Notes under the pieces: generated by a model | What the model saw: only the letters and a program-made list of their open reading frames with translations | Told to the model about the DNA's origin: nothing | Database searches by the model: none | In this document: piece after piece, positions 19,901-29,998 of the stretch | Layout: the number at the start of each line of letters is the position of its first letter | Numbering within the stretch: position 1 is the first letter of the stretch | From: Bacilli bacterium | GTDB taxonomy: Bacteria > Bacillota_I > Bacilli_A > RF39 > UBA660 | Direction of reading: 5' to 3' | Assembly (NCBI GenBank): GCA_035392025.1 | Contig: DAOPMC010000003.1 | Location: forward strand, 1-52,475 | Length of the DNA stretch: 52,475 nt | Program-made: the position numbers and the translations under genes

Positions 19901-21304
19901 CTATATTTTACTCCTATTAAAATTTTGTTGTCTTCTATAAATAGAAGCGTTATAACCTGCTCTTGGCATTACTGATCTTACTGCATTTTGCAAATTATCA
20001 ATACCAGCATTCATAATAGCACTACTTGCACTTATTTTTTCAGCATTACCCAAAGCTTTAAAACCACTTGTCCCACTAGCATACATTCTTGTACCTAAAT
20101 CACTCATAAATCTCTTTAACCCTGTTGGAGTTGAGCCATCACTTGTAGCACCCAAATATGCTAATCCACTTCCTACTGTTGTAAGTGCTGAATTTTTAGC
20201 ATAATTTCCACCCTTCATAGCACCACCTAACGCAACCATACCTGCACCACTTGCTAAATTAGTACCTACTGTCGCAGCAGCACCAACAGTATGACCAAAT
20301 CCCATAAGACTCATTAATTGCTCTCTACCAGAAGCCGCTGATACATTAGCGCCAATAAACCTATTAATCACTTGACTACCTGTCAAAATGAATGTCCCAC
20401 ATCCAACATATAATAACGATTTAATTAATACATCTTGAAATGCTGAATCTGGAAAAAAAGTTGTACCATTTACCTGTTGCATTATTAAAACAGTAATATT
20501 AACGATTAACATTACTACTGCACTTTGTAATACCAACGATGTTAATTGTTCTATCACAGCACCACGTCTTTGTTTATTACAAACACTAGTCGAAAACACT
20601 ATTGGTGATATTACAAATAAAAATAAAAATTCTATCTGTCTGCGACCAAGCATCATACCTGCAAAAAATAAACTGTATAAGAAGAATCCCCCACAAATTA
20701 CTGCCATTATCCAATTTATTTCGTATTTATAGTCTTTATCATCAGATAAAATCAAATTATCATTCACTACATATTTATCGTTGAACTTCTCATCATTACT
20801 AAATTCCCCAGAGCTAATCAATTCTTCAATAGTTTTTGGTTCTTCAAATTTACCGCTATTTAAGTAATCATCATTATAATTAATATACATTTTTAGCATA
20901 CTATCTGACATCTTTAATTCACTATTTGAAGTAAATATATCTGAAGTGAAACCAGATAGCTTTATTGAAAAGTCTGAAACTTGAGAAAATAAAAAAGTGG
21001 ATAATATTATCATAAAACCACACTTTACACTTTCAGTTACAATAAATTTTATTGTGATTTCATCATCTGGATCAATCACTTTTTGAATGAATTTCCAAGT
21101 AACATATAATGCAAACAATGTTACTGCAATAGTTACTACTCCTCTATAAAAAGCAACAAATATATCATTATTACTAATTGAATTAATTATATCAAAACAA
21201 TTTAATTCTCTAATAATCTTTAATAACGAGTCAATCAAATTATATACAAAATCTATAATATACCAACCAAGAGATCTTAATACATCAAATACTTTTAGAA
21301 TCAT
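19901..21304 (-). CDS. VirB6/TrbL/TcpH-like polytopic T4SS membrane protein
   Basis: 467 aa, at least 6 predicted TM helices, Gly/Ala-rich C-terminal region. Confidence 0.65.
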   Translation of the reverse strand: MILKVFDVLRSLGWYIIDFVYNLIDSLLKIIRELNCFDIINSISNNDIFVAFYRGVVTIAVTLFALYVTWKFIQKVIDPDDEITIKFIVTESVKCGFMIILSTFLFSQVSDFSIKLSGFTSDIFTSNSELKMSDSMLKMYINYNDDYLNSGKFEEPKTIEELISSGEFSNDEKFNDKYVVNDNLILSDDKDYKYEINWIMAVICGGFFLYSLFFAGMMLGRRQIEFLFLFVISPIVFSTSVCNKQRRGAVIEQLTSLVLQSAVVMLIVNITVLIMQQVNGTTFFPDSAFQDVLIKSLLYVGCGTFILTGSQVINRFIGANVSAASGREQLMSLMGFGHTVGAAATVGTNLASGAGMVALGGAMKGGNYAKNSALTTVGSGLAYLGATSDGSTPTGLKRFMSDLGTRMYASGTSGFKALGNAEKISASSAIMNAGIDNLQNAVRSVMPRAGYNASIYRRQQNFNRSKI

Positions 21305-21312
21305 TTTAACAC

Positions 21313-21591
21313 CTATGCGAACAATTCAATTACTAAATTTACAAGTGAAATAGCAAGAACAATTCCACCTACTCCTAGTAAAGTTTGAATAATTCTTTGC
21401 TTAACTCGCGGTTTTTGATCTACATCCACTACTGAATACAATATAAATCCAATTATCAATGAAACTCCTGCTAATGCTATACCAACTTTTAAAGCCCAAT
21501 CACTAAATTTCTTTATTGCTTGTACAATAGAGTCTATTGTGTAAGCACCACCTTCTAGTTTCTCAATAGCTAATAAATATATGTTTTTCAT
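21313..21591 (-). CDS. small two-TM protein (VirB2/TrbC- or Maff2-like)
   Basis: 92 aa with two hydrophobic helices, at the head of the T4SS block. Confidence 0.45.
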   Translation of the reverse strand: MKNIYLLAIEKLEGGAYTIDSIVQAIKKFSDWALKVGIALAGVSLIIGFILYSVVDVDQKPRVKQRIIQTLLGVGGIVLAISLVNLVIELFA

Positions 21592-21603
21592 TTTCTACCT
21601 CCC

Positions 21604-21987
21604 TCAATTAATTTCAAAATCATCTTTTGATATATTATTAATCATTGTATTAATAATATAATTATCCATATCCTCAATGCTTTTTTCGTTAAATTTTTCT
21701 TTATATTTTTTTATTTGATCATCTGTCAAATCTGCTGTTTTACCATCTGATAACTCATTACCAACAATCAAGAATGTTCCAAATATTCCTCTATCTTTTC
21801 CTATTAATCTATTAGGCTCAAGTCCACGTATTATTCCTTCTTCATTGCAAACTACATTCACATCTCTGCTACTTTCCATATAAGTATATTCAATATATCC
21901 ATCTACCTCTTTTTGTAAACTTTCTAAATCATCTTTGAGGTCTTTTTCATAAGGCAACTTATAAGGCTTTACAACTAGCACTCTCAT
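21604..21987 (-). CDS. conserved ICE protein of unknown function (DUF3846-like)
   Basis: The pattern MRVLVVKPYKLPYE...VCNEEG...LEPNR is recalled from Firmicutes conjugative elements. From memory only. Confidence 0.4.
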   Translation of the reverse strand: MRVLVVKPYKLPYEKDLKDDLESLQKEVDGYIEYTYMESSRDVNVVCNEEGIIRGLEPNRLIGKDRGIFGTFLIVGNELSDGKTADLTDDQIKKYKEKFNEKSIEDMDNYIINTMINNISKDDFEIN

Positions 21988-21988
21988 A

Positions 21989-22570
21989 TTAATTACCCCA
22001 AGTGAATACTACATAATGATCTATATTTCCAATAGGTTTAGGTGTTGATACAAATGAATTCATTAAGCTATTTGCCTTTATATCCCATTCATAAGGATTC
22101 AACGTCAATATAACATCATTAGTTTGTGAATCGTAAAAAGTAATTTTAGGATTTGATAGATGTATGTCATAATTATTGGTATTGATCATTTTAAAGTCCC
22201 ATTGATAGCATCCACTTCCAATTGATTTAAAGTTACCAGACAGATAAAGCATTCCTTTTGATTCAGCAATATCTAAAAGAGTCCAATTACTAGGTATATA
22301 TTGACTATATTTTTCTTCTAAAGGCACTTCTTCAATTGGATCGGGTTGTTCTTCTTCATTATTTGGATTTTCTACTTCTTGATTATTGTTATCAGCATTA
22401 TTATCTGGATTTGAATTTTCATTATTAACAGCACTTTGGAAATATCCATTCATTTTTGAAAAGACTTTTTCCATTAAGACACTATCATTGTTATTTACAA
22501 ATAAAAAAAGTGTAGTTACAATAACTGCACCGCATATTACCCAAAACAATGTATTTGTATTACTACTCAT
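21989..22570 (-). CDS. pilin-like N-terminal module fused to a 140-aa C-terminal domain
   Basis: The N-terminus MSSNTNTLFWVICGAVIVTTLF.. is shared with 22571..23701 and 32972..33109. Confidence 0.6.
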   Translation of the reverse strand: MSSNTNTLFWVICGAVIVTTLFLFVNNNDSVLMEKVFSKMNGYFQSAVNNENSNPDNNADNNNQEVENPNNEEEQPDPIEEVPLEEKYSQYIPSNWTLLDIAESKGMLYLSGNFKSIGSGCYQWDFKMINTNNYDIHLSNPKITFYDSQTNDVILTLNPYEWDIKANSLMNSFVSTPKPIGNIDHYVVFTWGN

Positions 22571-23701
22571 TTAAAAACCTCCTTCCACTATTGCATAAGC
22601 CGCTAAACTAGATTGCGAACGATAATAACTTACTGTACCACTTGGAACTTTTATAGTGGTTAAGTTATTATTGTTATGAAAAACATCACTAGCAAAGCTT
22701 GTATTAGTTCCTCGTATTTTTACCTCTGTTATTTTATTATCCGAAAAAGCATAACCTCTCACTTCAGTTATATTACTTGGTATCTCAATACTAGTTAATA
22801 AATTGCCATAAAAACAATTATAATCTATCAGTGAAATCTTATTTGCTACACTTAAATCTATTTCTGAAATCTTATTATAAATAAAAGCAGTCATTCCGAG
22901 TTCTTCAAGATTCTTTGGAAATATAATCTTATTTGAAATATTATTACTCATAAATGCTTCTGCTCCTATATAAGTTAGTTTCTCTGCTTTACTAAAATCT
23001 AATGTTGTTAATTTGTTGTTATAGAAAGCATCTAAATCAATTCTCTCTACATTTTTTGAAATTACATATTCCCCTTCAATCATATTATTACTAAACGATT
23101 GAATTCCTATTTCTATCACACTATCGGGTATTATAATATTTGTTAGTTGTTGATAGTAAAAAGCATAATCCCCTATTGTTTTTACAGTGTTAGGAATAAC
23201 TACTTTTGTTAAACTTTGTAAATGAATACAATTACCATTACTATCAACTATCAGTCCTCTTTGGGTAGCATATTCATACCAACCATCCAGATTACCATGT
23301 TCCCATGAGTACATATCCTTTTCCATATCACACATTCCCCATTGAGTATTGTTGATATACATTCCAATATTTGATACTTTTTCTACTTTTATCCCATTTA
23401 TTTCATAAGGTATTACTATTTCATTACTATTCCCTTTGTAACCTGTAATTTCTTTTGATTGCGAATTAAAAATAAAATCACTTTCGTTTGTTATAACTAG
23501 ATTTTCATAATCAGGTTCATGGTTATAATATTTTGCCATTTCAGAATTTTCTGTATTAGTATTATTTGTAAATAAACCATTGAATTTTCCAAAGATCGCT
23601 GTTAATCCTTCTCCATAATTTGTGCTAATTAATAAAAAAATAGCAGTTACAATAACTGCACCGCATATTACCCAAAATAAAGTATTTGTATTACTACTCA
23701 T
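22571..23701 (-). CDS. pilin-like N-terminal module fused to BspA-type leucine-rich repeats (candidate adhesin)
   Basis: The first ~45 aa are homologous to the entire 45-aa ORF at 32972..33109. The C-terminal region has repeats of the type IP.sV..Ig..AF..n.lt.i (LRR_5/BspA-like). Confidence 0.7.
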   Translation of the reverse strand: MSSNTNTLFWVICGAVIVTAIFLLISTNYGEGLTAIFGKFNGLFTNNTNTENSEMAKYYNHEPDYENLVITNESDFIFNSQSKEITGYKGNSNEIVIPYEINGIKVEKVSNIGMYINNTQWGMCDMEKDMYSWEHGNLDGWYEYATQRGLIVDSNGNCIHLQSLTKVVIPNTVKTIGDYAFYYQQLTNIIIPDSVIEIGIQSFSNNMIEGEYVISKNVERIDLDAFYNNKLTTLDFSKAEKLTYIGAEAFMSNNISNKIIFPKNLEELGMTAFIYNKISEIDLSVANKISLIDYNCFYGNLLTSIEIPSNITEVRGYAFSDNKITEVKIRGTNTSFASDVFHNNNNLTTIKVPSGTVSYYRSQSSLAAYAIVEGGF

Positions 23702-24060
23702 TCTAATTCTACCTCCTTTTCATAATATTTTTTAACTTCATCTATCCATTCAGAAAAATATTCCACATTATCATTTGGACTAATTTTTAATCTTTCTTCT
23801 ACTGATGTAATCTTATTAAGCCAATCTTTAGGTATATCACAAACGTACGGTCCAGATTCGCACGATATGGGCTTATACATATATTCACCATCATCATTAT
23901 TTATAAGATAGCAAATTGTACTTACAATATCTTCATTTTTATATAAAACCCATAAATGATCTCTTTTATCACTTATATCTAAAACTTCACATTTAAAATT
24001 ATCGAGAATTTTATTAATAAAACTTTCTCGATTTTTTTCATTTAATCCATACCATCCCAT
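23698..24060 (-). CDS. hypothetical protein
   Basis: 120-aa ORF, overlapping stop/start. Confidence 0.5.
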   Translation of the reverse strand: MGWYGLNEKNRESFINKILDNFKCEVLDISDKRDHLWVLYKNEDIVSTICYLINNDDGEYMYKPISCESGPYVCDIPKDWLNKITSVEERLKISPNDNVEYFSEWIDEVKKYYEKEVELE

Positions 24061-24061
24061 A

Positions 24062-24631
24062 TTAATTACCTAAATCATAATCTTTCTCTTGTTTCTTTAG
24101 ATTTTCTAATTCGGGTATAATATCTTCAACAATATTATTGTAAGTATCACTATTAAATGTTGAAATTTCAATAAGATATTTTAATTGTTCATTATCTTTT
24201 ATATCAGAAAAAAAAGACAGTAGTTCATCTACTTGTCCATTTACTAACATTTCATTTATATTTTCAATTTTGTCCTTACCAGATAAACCTAAATTTTTTC
24301 TTAATGAATAAGCTAAATCATAATTATCTAATTCATCAATAGCTTCATAAATATAATCTGATAAAATATCAATATCAACATTATTTAAAGCATCTAATAT
24401 TGGCTCACTGATTAATTTTATATAATCATTAGCTAAATATTCATCCCAAGCATTATCTAGTCTTTTAAAAACGGCATCTGGGATATTATTAATATCTTCA
24501 ACTAATTCATCATTATAGTATAAGCAAAGTGCTTTAAAAACTACTTGATCATTATATTGATGTAAATCCGACAGAAGTTTTTTAATTGCTTCATTAGATT
24601 TATCTTCGGAATTTATTATTGTTTTATCCAC
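24062..24631 (-). CDS. hypothetical strongly acidic protein
   Basis: 189 aa, very D/E-rich. Confidence 0.5.
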   Translation of the reverse strand: MDKTIINSEDKSNEAIKKLLSDLHQYNDQVVFKALCLYYNDELVEDINNIPDAVFKRLDNAWDEYLANDYIKLISEPILDALNNVDIDILSDYIYEAIDELDNYDLAYSLRKNLGLSGKDKIENINEMLVNGQVDELLSFFSDIKDNEQLKYLIEISTFNSDTYNNIVEDIIPELENLKKQEKDYDLGN

Positions 24632-25295
24632 ATCTTTCCTCCTCTGGCATCTCTAAACTAACAACCCTATCTAATTTTATATTTTTGTAATCAATTTCTT
24701 TATCAATTTCAGCTTTGGATAACAAAATCTCTTGAATAATTACTTTATCATCATATCCATTGATAAAAGTTTTTCCATCCCAAGAATTATCATCAAATGG
24801 GATTTCAAATATTAATGGTGCTTGTTCATCACAAGTAGAATGGTAAATGCTGAACATTCCAACATTACGGCAGTTGATTTCTTTATCTACATAAATGTTA
24901 CATTCAATTAAAAAACCAATTACTTCATAGTATTGATCGAGATTTTTATAATAGGCTTGTCCCCTTACTAGTGGACCAATTTTTGTTGGTCTTAATTCCA
25001 CTTCACTATTATTTGAGTTGCTTATATTATCTAAACATCTTCTCAATTTAAAGTATATAGGTGTTCTATCCAATTCATTTTTTGATTGATAATACCAAGT
25101 ACATCTTTTTATCAAATCAGAAAATTTATCAGTTACTTTCTTTACAAAAAAAGTATCTCTAATTAAATATTTTTTTTCACTCCACAGTTCCTCATTTGTA
25201 AAGAATATTTGATTGTCGTTTGAATATCCAAGAAAATAATATTTATTATTATCGAAGCCAATAAACATTTGCCCCTTTTTTAAGTTTTCGTTCAT
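24624..25295 (-). CDS. hypothetical protein
   Basis: The track ORF runs to 25346, but the ATG at 25295 (MNENLKKGQ..) is preceded by AAGGAGGGAC. Confidence 0.5.
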   Translation of the reverse strand: MNENLKKGQMFIGFDNNKYYFLGYSNDNQIFFTNEELWSEKKYLIRDTFFVKKVTDKFSDLIKRCTWYYQSKNELDRTPIYFKLRRCLDNISNSNNSEVELRPTKIGPLVRGQAYYKNLDQYYEVIGFLIECNIYVDKEINCRNVGMFSIYHSTCDEQAPLIFEIPFDDNSWDGKTFINGYDDKVIIQEILLSKAEIDKEIDYKNIKLDRVVSLEMPEEERCG

Positions 25296-25347
25296 CTTAC
25301 GTCCCTCCTTATTATATATTAAAACATATATTAATAATTTGGTCAAA

Positions 25348-25376
25348 TTAAAGGCTACATAAGTTGCAGCCTTTAA
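25348..25376 (-). terminator. hairpin terminator after ssb
   Basis: TTAAAGGCT-N11-AGCCTTTAA read directly. Weak U tract. Confidence 0.45.
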
Positions 25377-25442
25377 CTAACACCAAAATTGATTTTTGTA
25401 TTATCGTATTTATTAAAATTATTAATGTTTTTAAAATATTAT

Positions 25443-25838
25443 TTACCTTTCTTGTTCTTTTTCAGTTTCATCTTTTTCGACTTCATCTTTTTCAGAATCA
25501 AGTTCATTTTCTGACATAGTATATTCTTTGTCATTTTCCAAGTTCTTAACCTCGAATGCAGTTACTTCATATTTTTTATCATTATTCTTACCAATATATG
25601 AAGTCAATCTGCCTTTAACATTTAGCCAATCACCTTTCTCAATTTCTTGACCATATGTTTCAAAAAGATTACCTCTTAAAACAACAGGAATAAACTGGCT
25701 AGTTTTATATTTCCCATCTTGACTATTTTGTGCTAGATCAAAATGAATAGATTTTTTACCATTCTTATTAGTAAAAACATCACCTATTCTAGCTACATTT
25801 CCTTCTAATTCTATTTTGTTTTTATCATTTCTTTCCAC
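25443..25838 (-). CDS. ssb: single-stranded DNA-binding protein
   Basis: OB-fold-like N-terminal ~105 aa (IELEGNVAR..F.LA.....W..V...G) with an acidic C-terminal tail. Confidence 0.65.
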   Translation of the reverse strand: MERNDKNKIELEGNVARIGDVFTNKNGKKSIHFDLAQNSQDGKYKTSQFIPVVLRGNLFETYGQEIEKGDWLNVKGRLTSYIGKNNDKKYEVTAFEVKNLENDKEYTMSENELDSEKDEVEKDETEKEQER

Positions 25839-25944
25839 TATAAATCCTCACTTTCTTATTTTAAATATAAATATACACAGAACAAACTAAACATTAATAA
25901 TTTTTAACACCACCTCCTTTAATCAAAAAAAAGAAATAATTTGC

Positions 25945-26151
25945 TTATTTCTCATTTAACCAATCATAATCAAATATTTCTATTGATTTTTCGTTTTTCG
26001 TTTTTAAATGTTCCTCAAATGTTTTCCCAAAAACAAGTAAGAATCCTCTACCTGTTGGTTTATCACAAACATATTTCTTTTGACACTCTAAACAATAGCA
26101 ATCTTTCTCTGGTTTTTTTAAATGACATTTGTATTTCTTCTTAATCGACAT
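25945..26151 (-). CDS. small Cys-rich (zinc-ribbon-like) protein
   Basis: CH..x8..CxC..C..x6..C pattern in 68 aa. Confidence 0.4.
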   Translation of the reverse strand: MSIKKKYKCHLKKPEKDCYCLECQKKYVCDKPTGRGFLLVFGKTFEEHLKTKNEKSIEIFDYDWLNEK

Positions 26152-26506
26152 TTATATTGTAATACTCACCTGCCGATCTATAATATACCGTTTTCGTGGA
26201 ATAATTAAATGGTAATGCTCTAATATGTTTCAATACTACTTCGACAATTATTTTTTCACCAAAATTTAATTTACCTTCTTTTGATACTATAATATCAACT
26301 TTATCTTTTATATTTGAAATAATATTATCAGCTTCAATTTTTGCATCTTCAGTATAACCACCATTTATCTCAATAATTTCTATAACTTTATTTCTAATGT
26401 GAACTGTCTTTTGTTGAACAGCTACTTCTTCTGTAAATAAAAACATACATATCATTACAGTGAAAGATATAAATATGATTAGCAATATATCAAATATATT
26501 TTTCAT
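26141..26506 (-). CDS. N-terminally anchored small protein (TadE/pseudopilin-like position)
   Basis: 121 aa with a single N-terminal hydrophobic helix. Adjacent to platform genes. Confidence 0.4.
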   Translation of the reverse strand: MKNIFDILLIIFISFTVMICMFLFTEEVAVQQKTVHIRNKVIEIIEINGGYTEDAKIEADNIISNIKDKVDIIVSKEGKLNFGEKIIVEVVLKHIRALPFNYSTKTVYYRSAGEYYNINVD

Positions 26507-26508
26507 AC

Positions 26509-27201
26509 CTAAAATTTCACTTCCTCAAACATAGAGATAAACATAAATATTGCCATTCCAAATATCATAACTAACATTGTCAGAATCGTGAAATTCGGAT
26601 ATAACCATAAAAGTCTTTTCTTTGTTTCAATGACTTCCTCTATTTCATTATCATATAATTGAGAAATCATACTCTCAAGCGATATTAAGTGCTTTTTATT
26701 CATAGCGTGTTCGGAAAATGTGTAAAGCAACGTCATCACTTGGTATGATTCTATAAACTCCATATTTCTTGAAAAATTATTAAATGGTGTTATCGTTTTA
26801 TCTACTCTTATTTCTTCTATTAATTGGATTAAGTATTTTTTAATAGGATCATCCGTATATTCAATCATCTTACTTAAAGAATTATATATGTTATTTGTTC
26901 TTATTAATATTAATAATTTTTTTACAAATGATGGAAACATTCTTCTTTTAATAGCAATTAGCTTTTTTCTTCTTTTTTTAGTTGAAAAATATTGATATTT
27001 GTATACACCTATTCCAACAAAAACACTTATTATCATTAAATAAAAATTATTGTAATAATAACCAATAAAAAGACATACAAAGAAAGAAATCAAACTCATC
27101 ATTATTCTATTTTTGAGAGCTTTTTTATAATGTATACCCATCCAACCTAACAAGTTCTTTAAATCTTCTTCAACGAAGAAATTCCTAATTATTGATTTCA
27201 T
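26509..27201 (-). CDS. TadC/TadB-like (T2SS-F family) pilus platform protein
   Basis: Paired N-terminal TM helices, a cytoplasmic helical domain and a C-terminal TM helix. The pattern matches T2SSF-domain proteins. Confidence 0.55.
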   Translation of the reverse strand: MKSIIRNFFVEEDLKNLLGWMGIHYKKALKNRIMMSLISFFVCLFIGYYYNNFYLMIISVFVGIGVYKYQYFSTKKRRKKLIAIKRRMFPSFVKKLLILIRTNNIYNSLSKMIEYTDDPIKKYLIQLIEEIRVDKTITPFNNFSRNMEFIESYQVMTLLYTFSEHAMNKKHLISLESMISQLYDNEIEEVIETKKRLLWLYPNFTILTMLVMIFGMAIFMFISMFEEVKF

Positions 27202-27692
27202 TGCAAACTTCCTATTAATTTTAACTTATGTTTATATATTAAAATATTAATAAAGTTATTCATTTCCGATGCGATAATCCAATTATTTGAATATATAAGT
27301 AAATATCTATTATCTGGAAAAAGCAAATATATTTTCCTATTTAAAATATCAATTCTTATTCTTTCCAATTGATATACTCTTAAATAATTATCTATATTGG
27401 AATTATTTGCCCCAGATAATTCTATCGTTTCAACTGCTTTTCTATCATTGATAATTTTTAAATCTTTACCAACTTTTTTAATTTCCTCTAAAATACATTT
27501 CATAATACTTTCTAATTCATTATAAGTTTCAAAATATAATGTTTTAGTATCTTGAAATGATTTATCTAAAGTAGTAGTAACATTCAATAAATGTAGATCT
27601 ATTTCCAGAAATTTTGACTCGTTTATGTTTAAAAAAACCAATATATCATTTATTGATTTAAAACACATTTTATGATTTATTATTTGTCGCAT
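27198..27692 (-). CDS. hypothetical protein
   Basis: 164-aa ORF coupled in the operon. Confidence 0.45.
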   Translation of the reverse strand: MRQIINHKMCFKSINDILVFLNINESKFLEIDLHLLNVTTTLDKSFQDTKTLYFETYNELESIMKCILEEIKKVGKDLKIINDRKAVETIELSGANNSNIDNYLRVYQLERIRIDILNRKIYLLFPDNRYLLIYSNNWIIASEMNNFINILIYKHKLKLIGSLQ

Positions 27693-27913
27693 ATAAATTC
27701 ACCACCAATTTTCGATTTAATGTTTTCTAATTGATCAATTTTACTTTTTAGTTTGTCATTAAGCATTCCAATTTCATTAACTCTTTCATCTATTCTGGCT
27801 AAACTTCTTAAATAGCTGCTCATTGATAAATCTAGTGATTTTGCTCTTTTCCTAATTTGATTTTTCTGCTTTTTTGTTAAGTATATTTTTAGTCTTGTAT
27901 CAAATCTTTTCAT
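27680..27913 (-). CDS. MobC-like ribbon-helix-helix protein
   Basis: RLKIYLTKKQKNQIRKRAKSLDLSMSSYLRSLA resembles MobC/RHH relaxosome proteins. Confidence 0.5.
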   Translation of the reverse strand: MKRFDTRLKIYLTKKQKNQIRKRAKSLDLSMSSYLRSLARIDERVNEIGMLNDKLKSKIDQLENIKSKIGGEFICDK

Positions 27914-28728
27914 TATTTATAACCTCCTTCACCAATAGAATCATCTCGATATATATTTTCAATTCTCTTTATGATAATTAAGTTTGCAATTATAATAAAA
28001 ATCATTATTGTTGTTCCAAAACTATTCATATAATCCATGTATATAGATGGAATCATAAATTTCAAAGCAATAGGCATAAACATACACAAAAAAAGAACTA
28101 CATAAAAGTTAGTTCTCCATTCTTTCTTATACTTATGAAATTTATCCTTTTTTATTTTTAACATATTCATTTCTTCTGAAATAATATGTAGTACTGTTCC
28201 TGCATCACTTTGACCATGTATATCAAATAATTCTAATGTTTGATTAAATAAAGTTATTGTTCTATTGTTATATTTTTCATTAAAATTACTGAATGCTTCA
28301 GTTATCTTACTACCACTCTCAATTTTACTAATTACTATCTCTAAATCTTCTTTTACAGGAGTATCTAAAAATTTTATTACTTCTTTTAAAGATGAGAAAA
28401 CATTGTTAAAAGTCATTAACATACTTATCTGGCTTGTATATATAGTCAGCTGCGATAAAATATATTGCTCGTATACAAGTTTCTTTGAATTAAGTACAAT
28501 TTCATTTATTAAAAAAACTGTTATTACAAATGATATAATTGAGCAATAAAATATATTAGTAAATATTAAATAGAGAAAAGCCATTGTAATAAAAAATATC
28601 ATTACGAACTTAAATAAGTAATCAGATATACTTGTTTTCTTGTTCATATATCTATATGCTTTGCTATAATTTCCAAAGAAATATTTATTGTTTATATTCT
28701 TTATAATGCGAATAATTTTTCCCACCAA
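27913..28728 (-). CDS. TadB/TadC-like (T2SS-F family) pilus platform protein
   Basis: Central domain LKEVIKFLDTPVKEDLEIVISKIESGSKITEAFSNF..TLFNQTLELFDIHGQSDAGTVLHIISEEM, flanked by TM helices. Typical T2SSF architecture. Confidence 0.6.
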   Translation of the reverse strand: MVGKIIRIIKNINNKYFFGNYSKAYRYMNKKTSISDYLFKFVMIFFITMAFLYLIFTNIFYCSIISFVITVFLINEIVLNSKKLVYEQYILSQLTIYTSQISMLMTFNNVFSSLKEVIKFLDTPVKEDLEIVISKIESGSKITEAFSNFNEKYNNRTITLFNQTLELFDIHGQSDAGTVLHIISEEMNMLKIKKDKFHKYKKEWRTNFYVVLFLCMFMPIALKFMIPSIYMDYMNSFGTTIMIFIIIANLIIIKRIENIYRDDSIGEGGYK

Positions 28729-29803
28729 AATATTCCTCCTTTATAAATTTTTCAATATCACCATTTAAGACTTCGTATGCAATTAATTTATCAAATAACT
28801 TCTTTGTCATTTTCCCAAACTTATAATTTACCGTGTACTCATAACCATTATTAACTTTTGCTATATTAACATTTCGTTTATATATAGTATTTATTATTGC
28901 ACCCTTATCAGTATAAGCTACATATTCTACTACTTCTGCAACATATCTCTTTACACCATCTGAATCAACCTTGTGGTCAAGATGAATACCAATATCAAAA
29001 TTATCACAAATCATTGATCCCAATAAATTTTGGTCTAATTGATATTTTTCTTTACACATATGGATTATTCTCTCAACATTGCTTTTAGCGTTGCTGCTAT
29101 GCAAAGTTGTAATTATATGATGACCACTCAATATACTTTTCAACATTGTATATGCTTCTGATCCTCTTGTTTCAGAAACTATTATCCAATCGGGATTATT
29201 TCGTAATCCTGCCTTCAGCAATTCATCAAAACCTATTGCTTTTTCTAACTTGTTATTTGTCTGCCATGATAAAATATCTTTATCTTTATAAATCTCTTTT
29301 AAATGAGTATCTAATGTATCTTCAATTAATATTATCTTATCATTGTCAGGAATAAAACCAACTAAATATTTCTGCATTTCTGTTTTACCTGAACCTGTTT
29401 TACCAGATATTAATATATTGCATTTAGCTTTTATACAAGCCTCTAAAAAAGAAAACACCGATAGAGGTGCTATATCCTTTTGAAACTTTCTAATCTTTAA
29501 TTCAGCTTGACTACTTCTTAAACTTAATGTTAAACCATACGGTGCTAAACTTCTGTGAACAGAATTTATTCTTAATTTAGGAAATTCAGTATCTAGTATT
29601 GGTTCTTCATCATTAAATTGCCTGTTATTTTGATAAGTTAATTGTTTGACATAATTTTCAACAATATCTGGATCAACTTCTTTTTCTAACTTATATCTAC
29701 CTCTTTTATTATCTTGAATATAAATGTCTTTTCCATTAAAACTAATATCGGTAATATTAGGATTCTTTAGCAATTCACTTAATATATCTTTCTCAAAGTC
29801 CAT
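28685..29803 (-). CDS. CpaF/TadA/VirB11-family secretion ATPase
   Basis: Walker A (ISGKTGSGKT), Asp box (IILIEDTLD), Walker B/His box (NPDWIIVSETRGSEA .. SGHHIITTLHS). Confidence 0.85.
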   Translation of the reverse strand: MDFEKDILSELLKNPNITDISFNGKDIYIQDNKRGRYKLEKEVDPDIVENYVKQLTYQNNRQFNDEEPILDTEFPKLRINSVHRSLAPYGLTLSLRSSQAELKIRKFQKDIAPLSVFSFLEACIKAKCNILISGKTGSGKTEMQKYLVGFIPDNDKIILIEDTLDTHLKEIYKDKDILSWQTNNKLEKAIGFDELLKAGLRNNPDWIIVSETRGSEAYTMLKSILSGHHIITTLHSSNAKSNVERIIHMCKEKYQLDQNLLGSMICDNFDIGIHLDHKVDSDGVKRYVAEVVEYVAYTDKGAIINTIYKRNVNIAKVNNGYEYTVNYKFGKMTKKLFDKLIAYEVLNGDIEKFIKEEYFGGKNYSHYKEYKQ

Positions 29804-29996
29804 TTTCTATTTCCGTTTCTTCATCAGGAACTGTATCTAATCCATACATCTTATCAAAATGTTTATCTTCAGCTCTTGAAAATGCAATATTAAATTGCTC
29901 TTCCATTATTTTTTTATTTCCAACATAATAACCATCTTTTTTCATTGTTATTTCTGACAATTCATATTCTTCTAATTCATCAATCTTTTCATCCAT
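29793..29996 (-). CDS. hypothetical small acidic protein
   Basis: 67-aa ORF coupled to the ATPase gene. Confidence 0.4.
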   Translation of the reverse strand: MDEKIDELEEYELSEITMKKDGYYVGNKKIMEEQFNIAFSRAEDKHFDKMYGLDTVPDEETEIENGL

Positions 29997-29998
29997 AA

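Noticed and set aside
22513-22570. FWVIC-G in the shared N-terminal module as a lipoprotein lipobox
   Set aside because: The Cys is at residue 13, there is no basic n-region, and the hydrophobic helix continues well past it. This is inconsistent with a signal peptidase II site.
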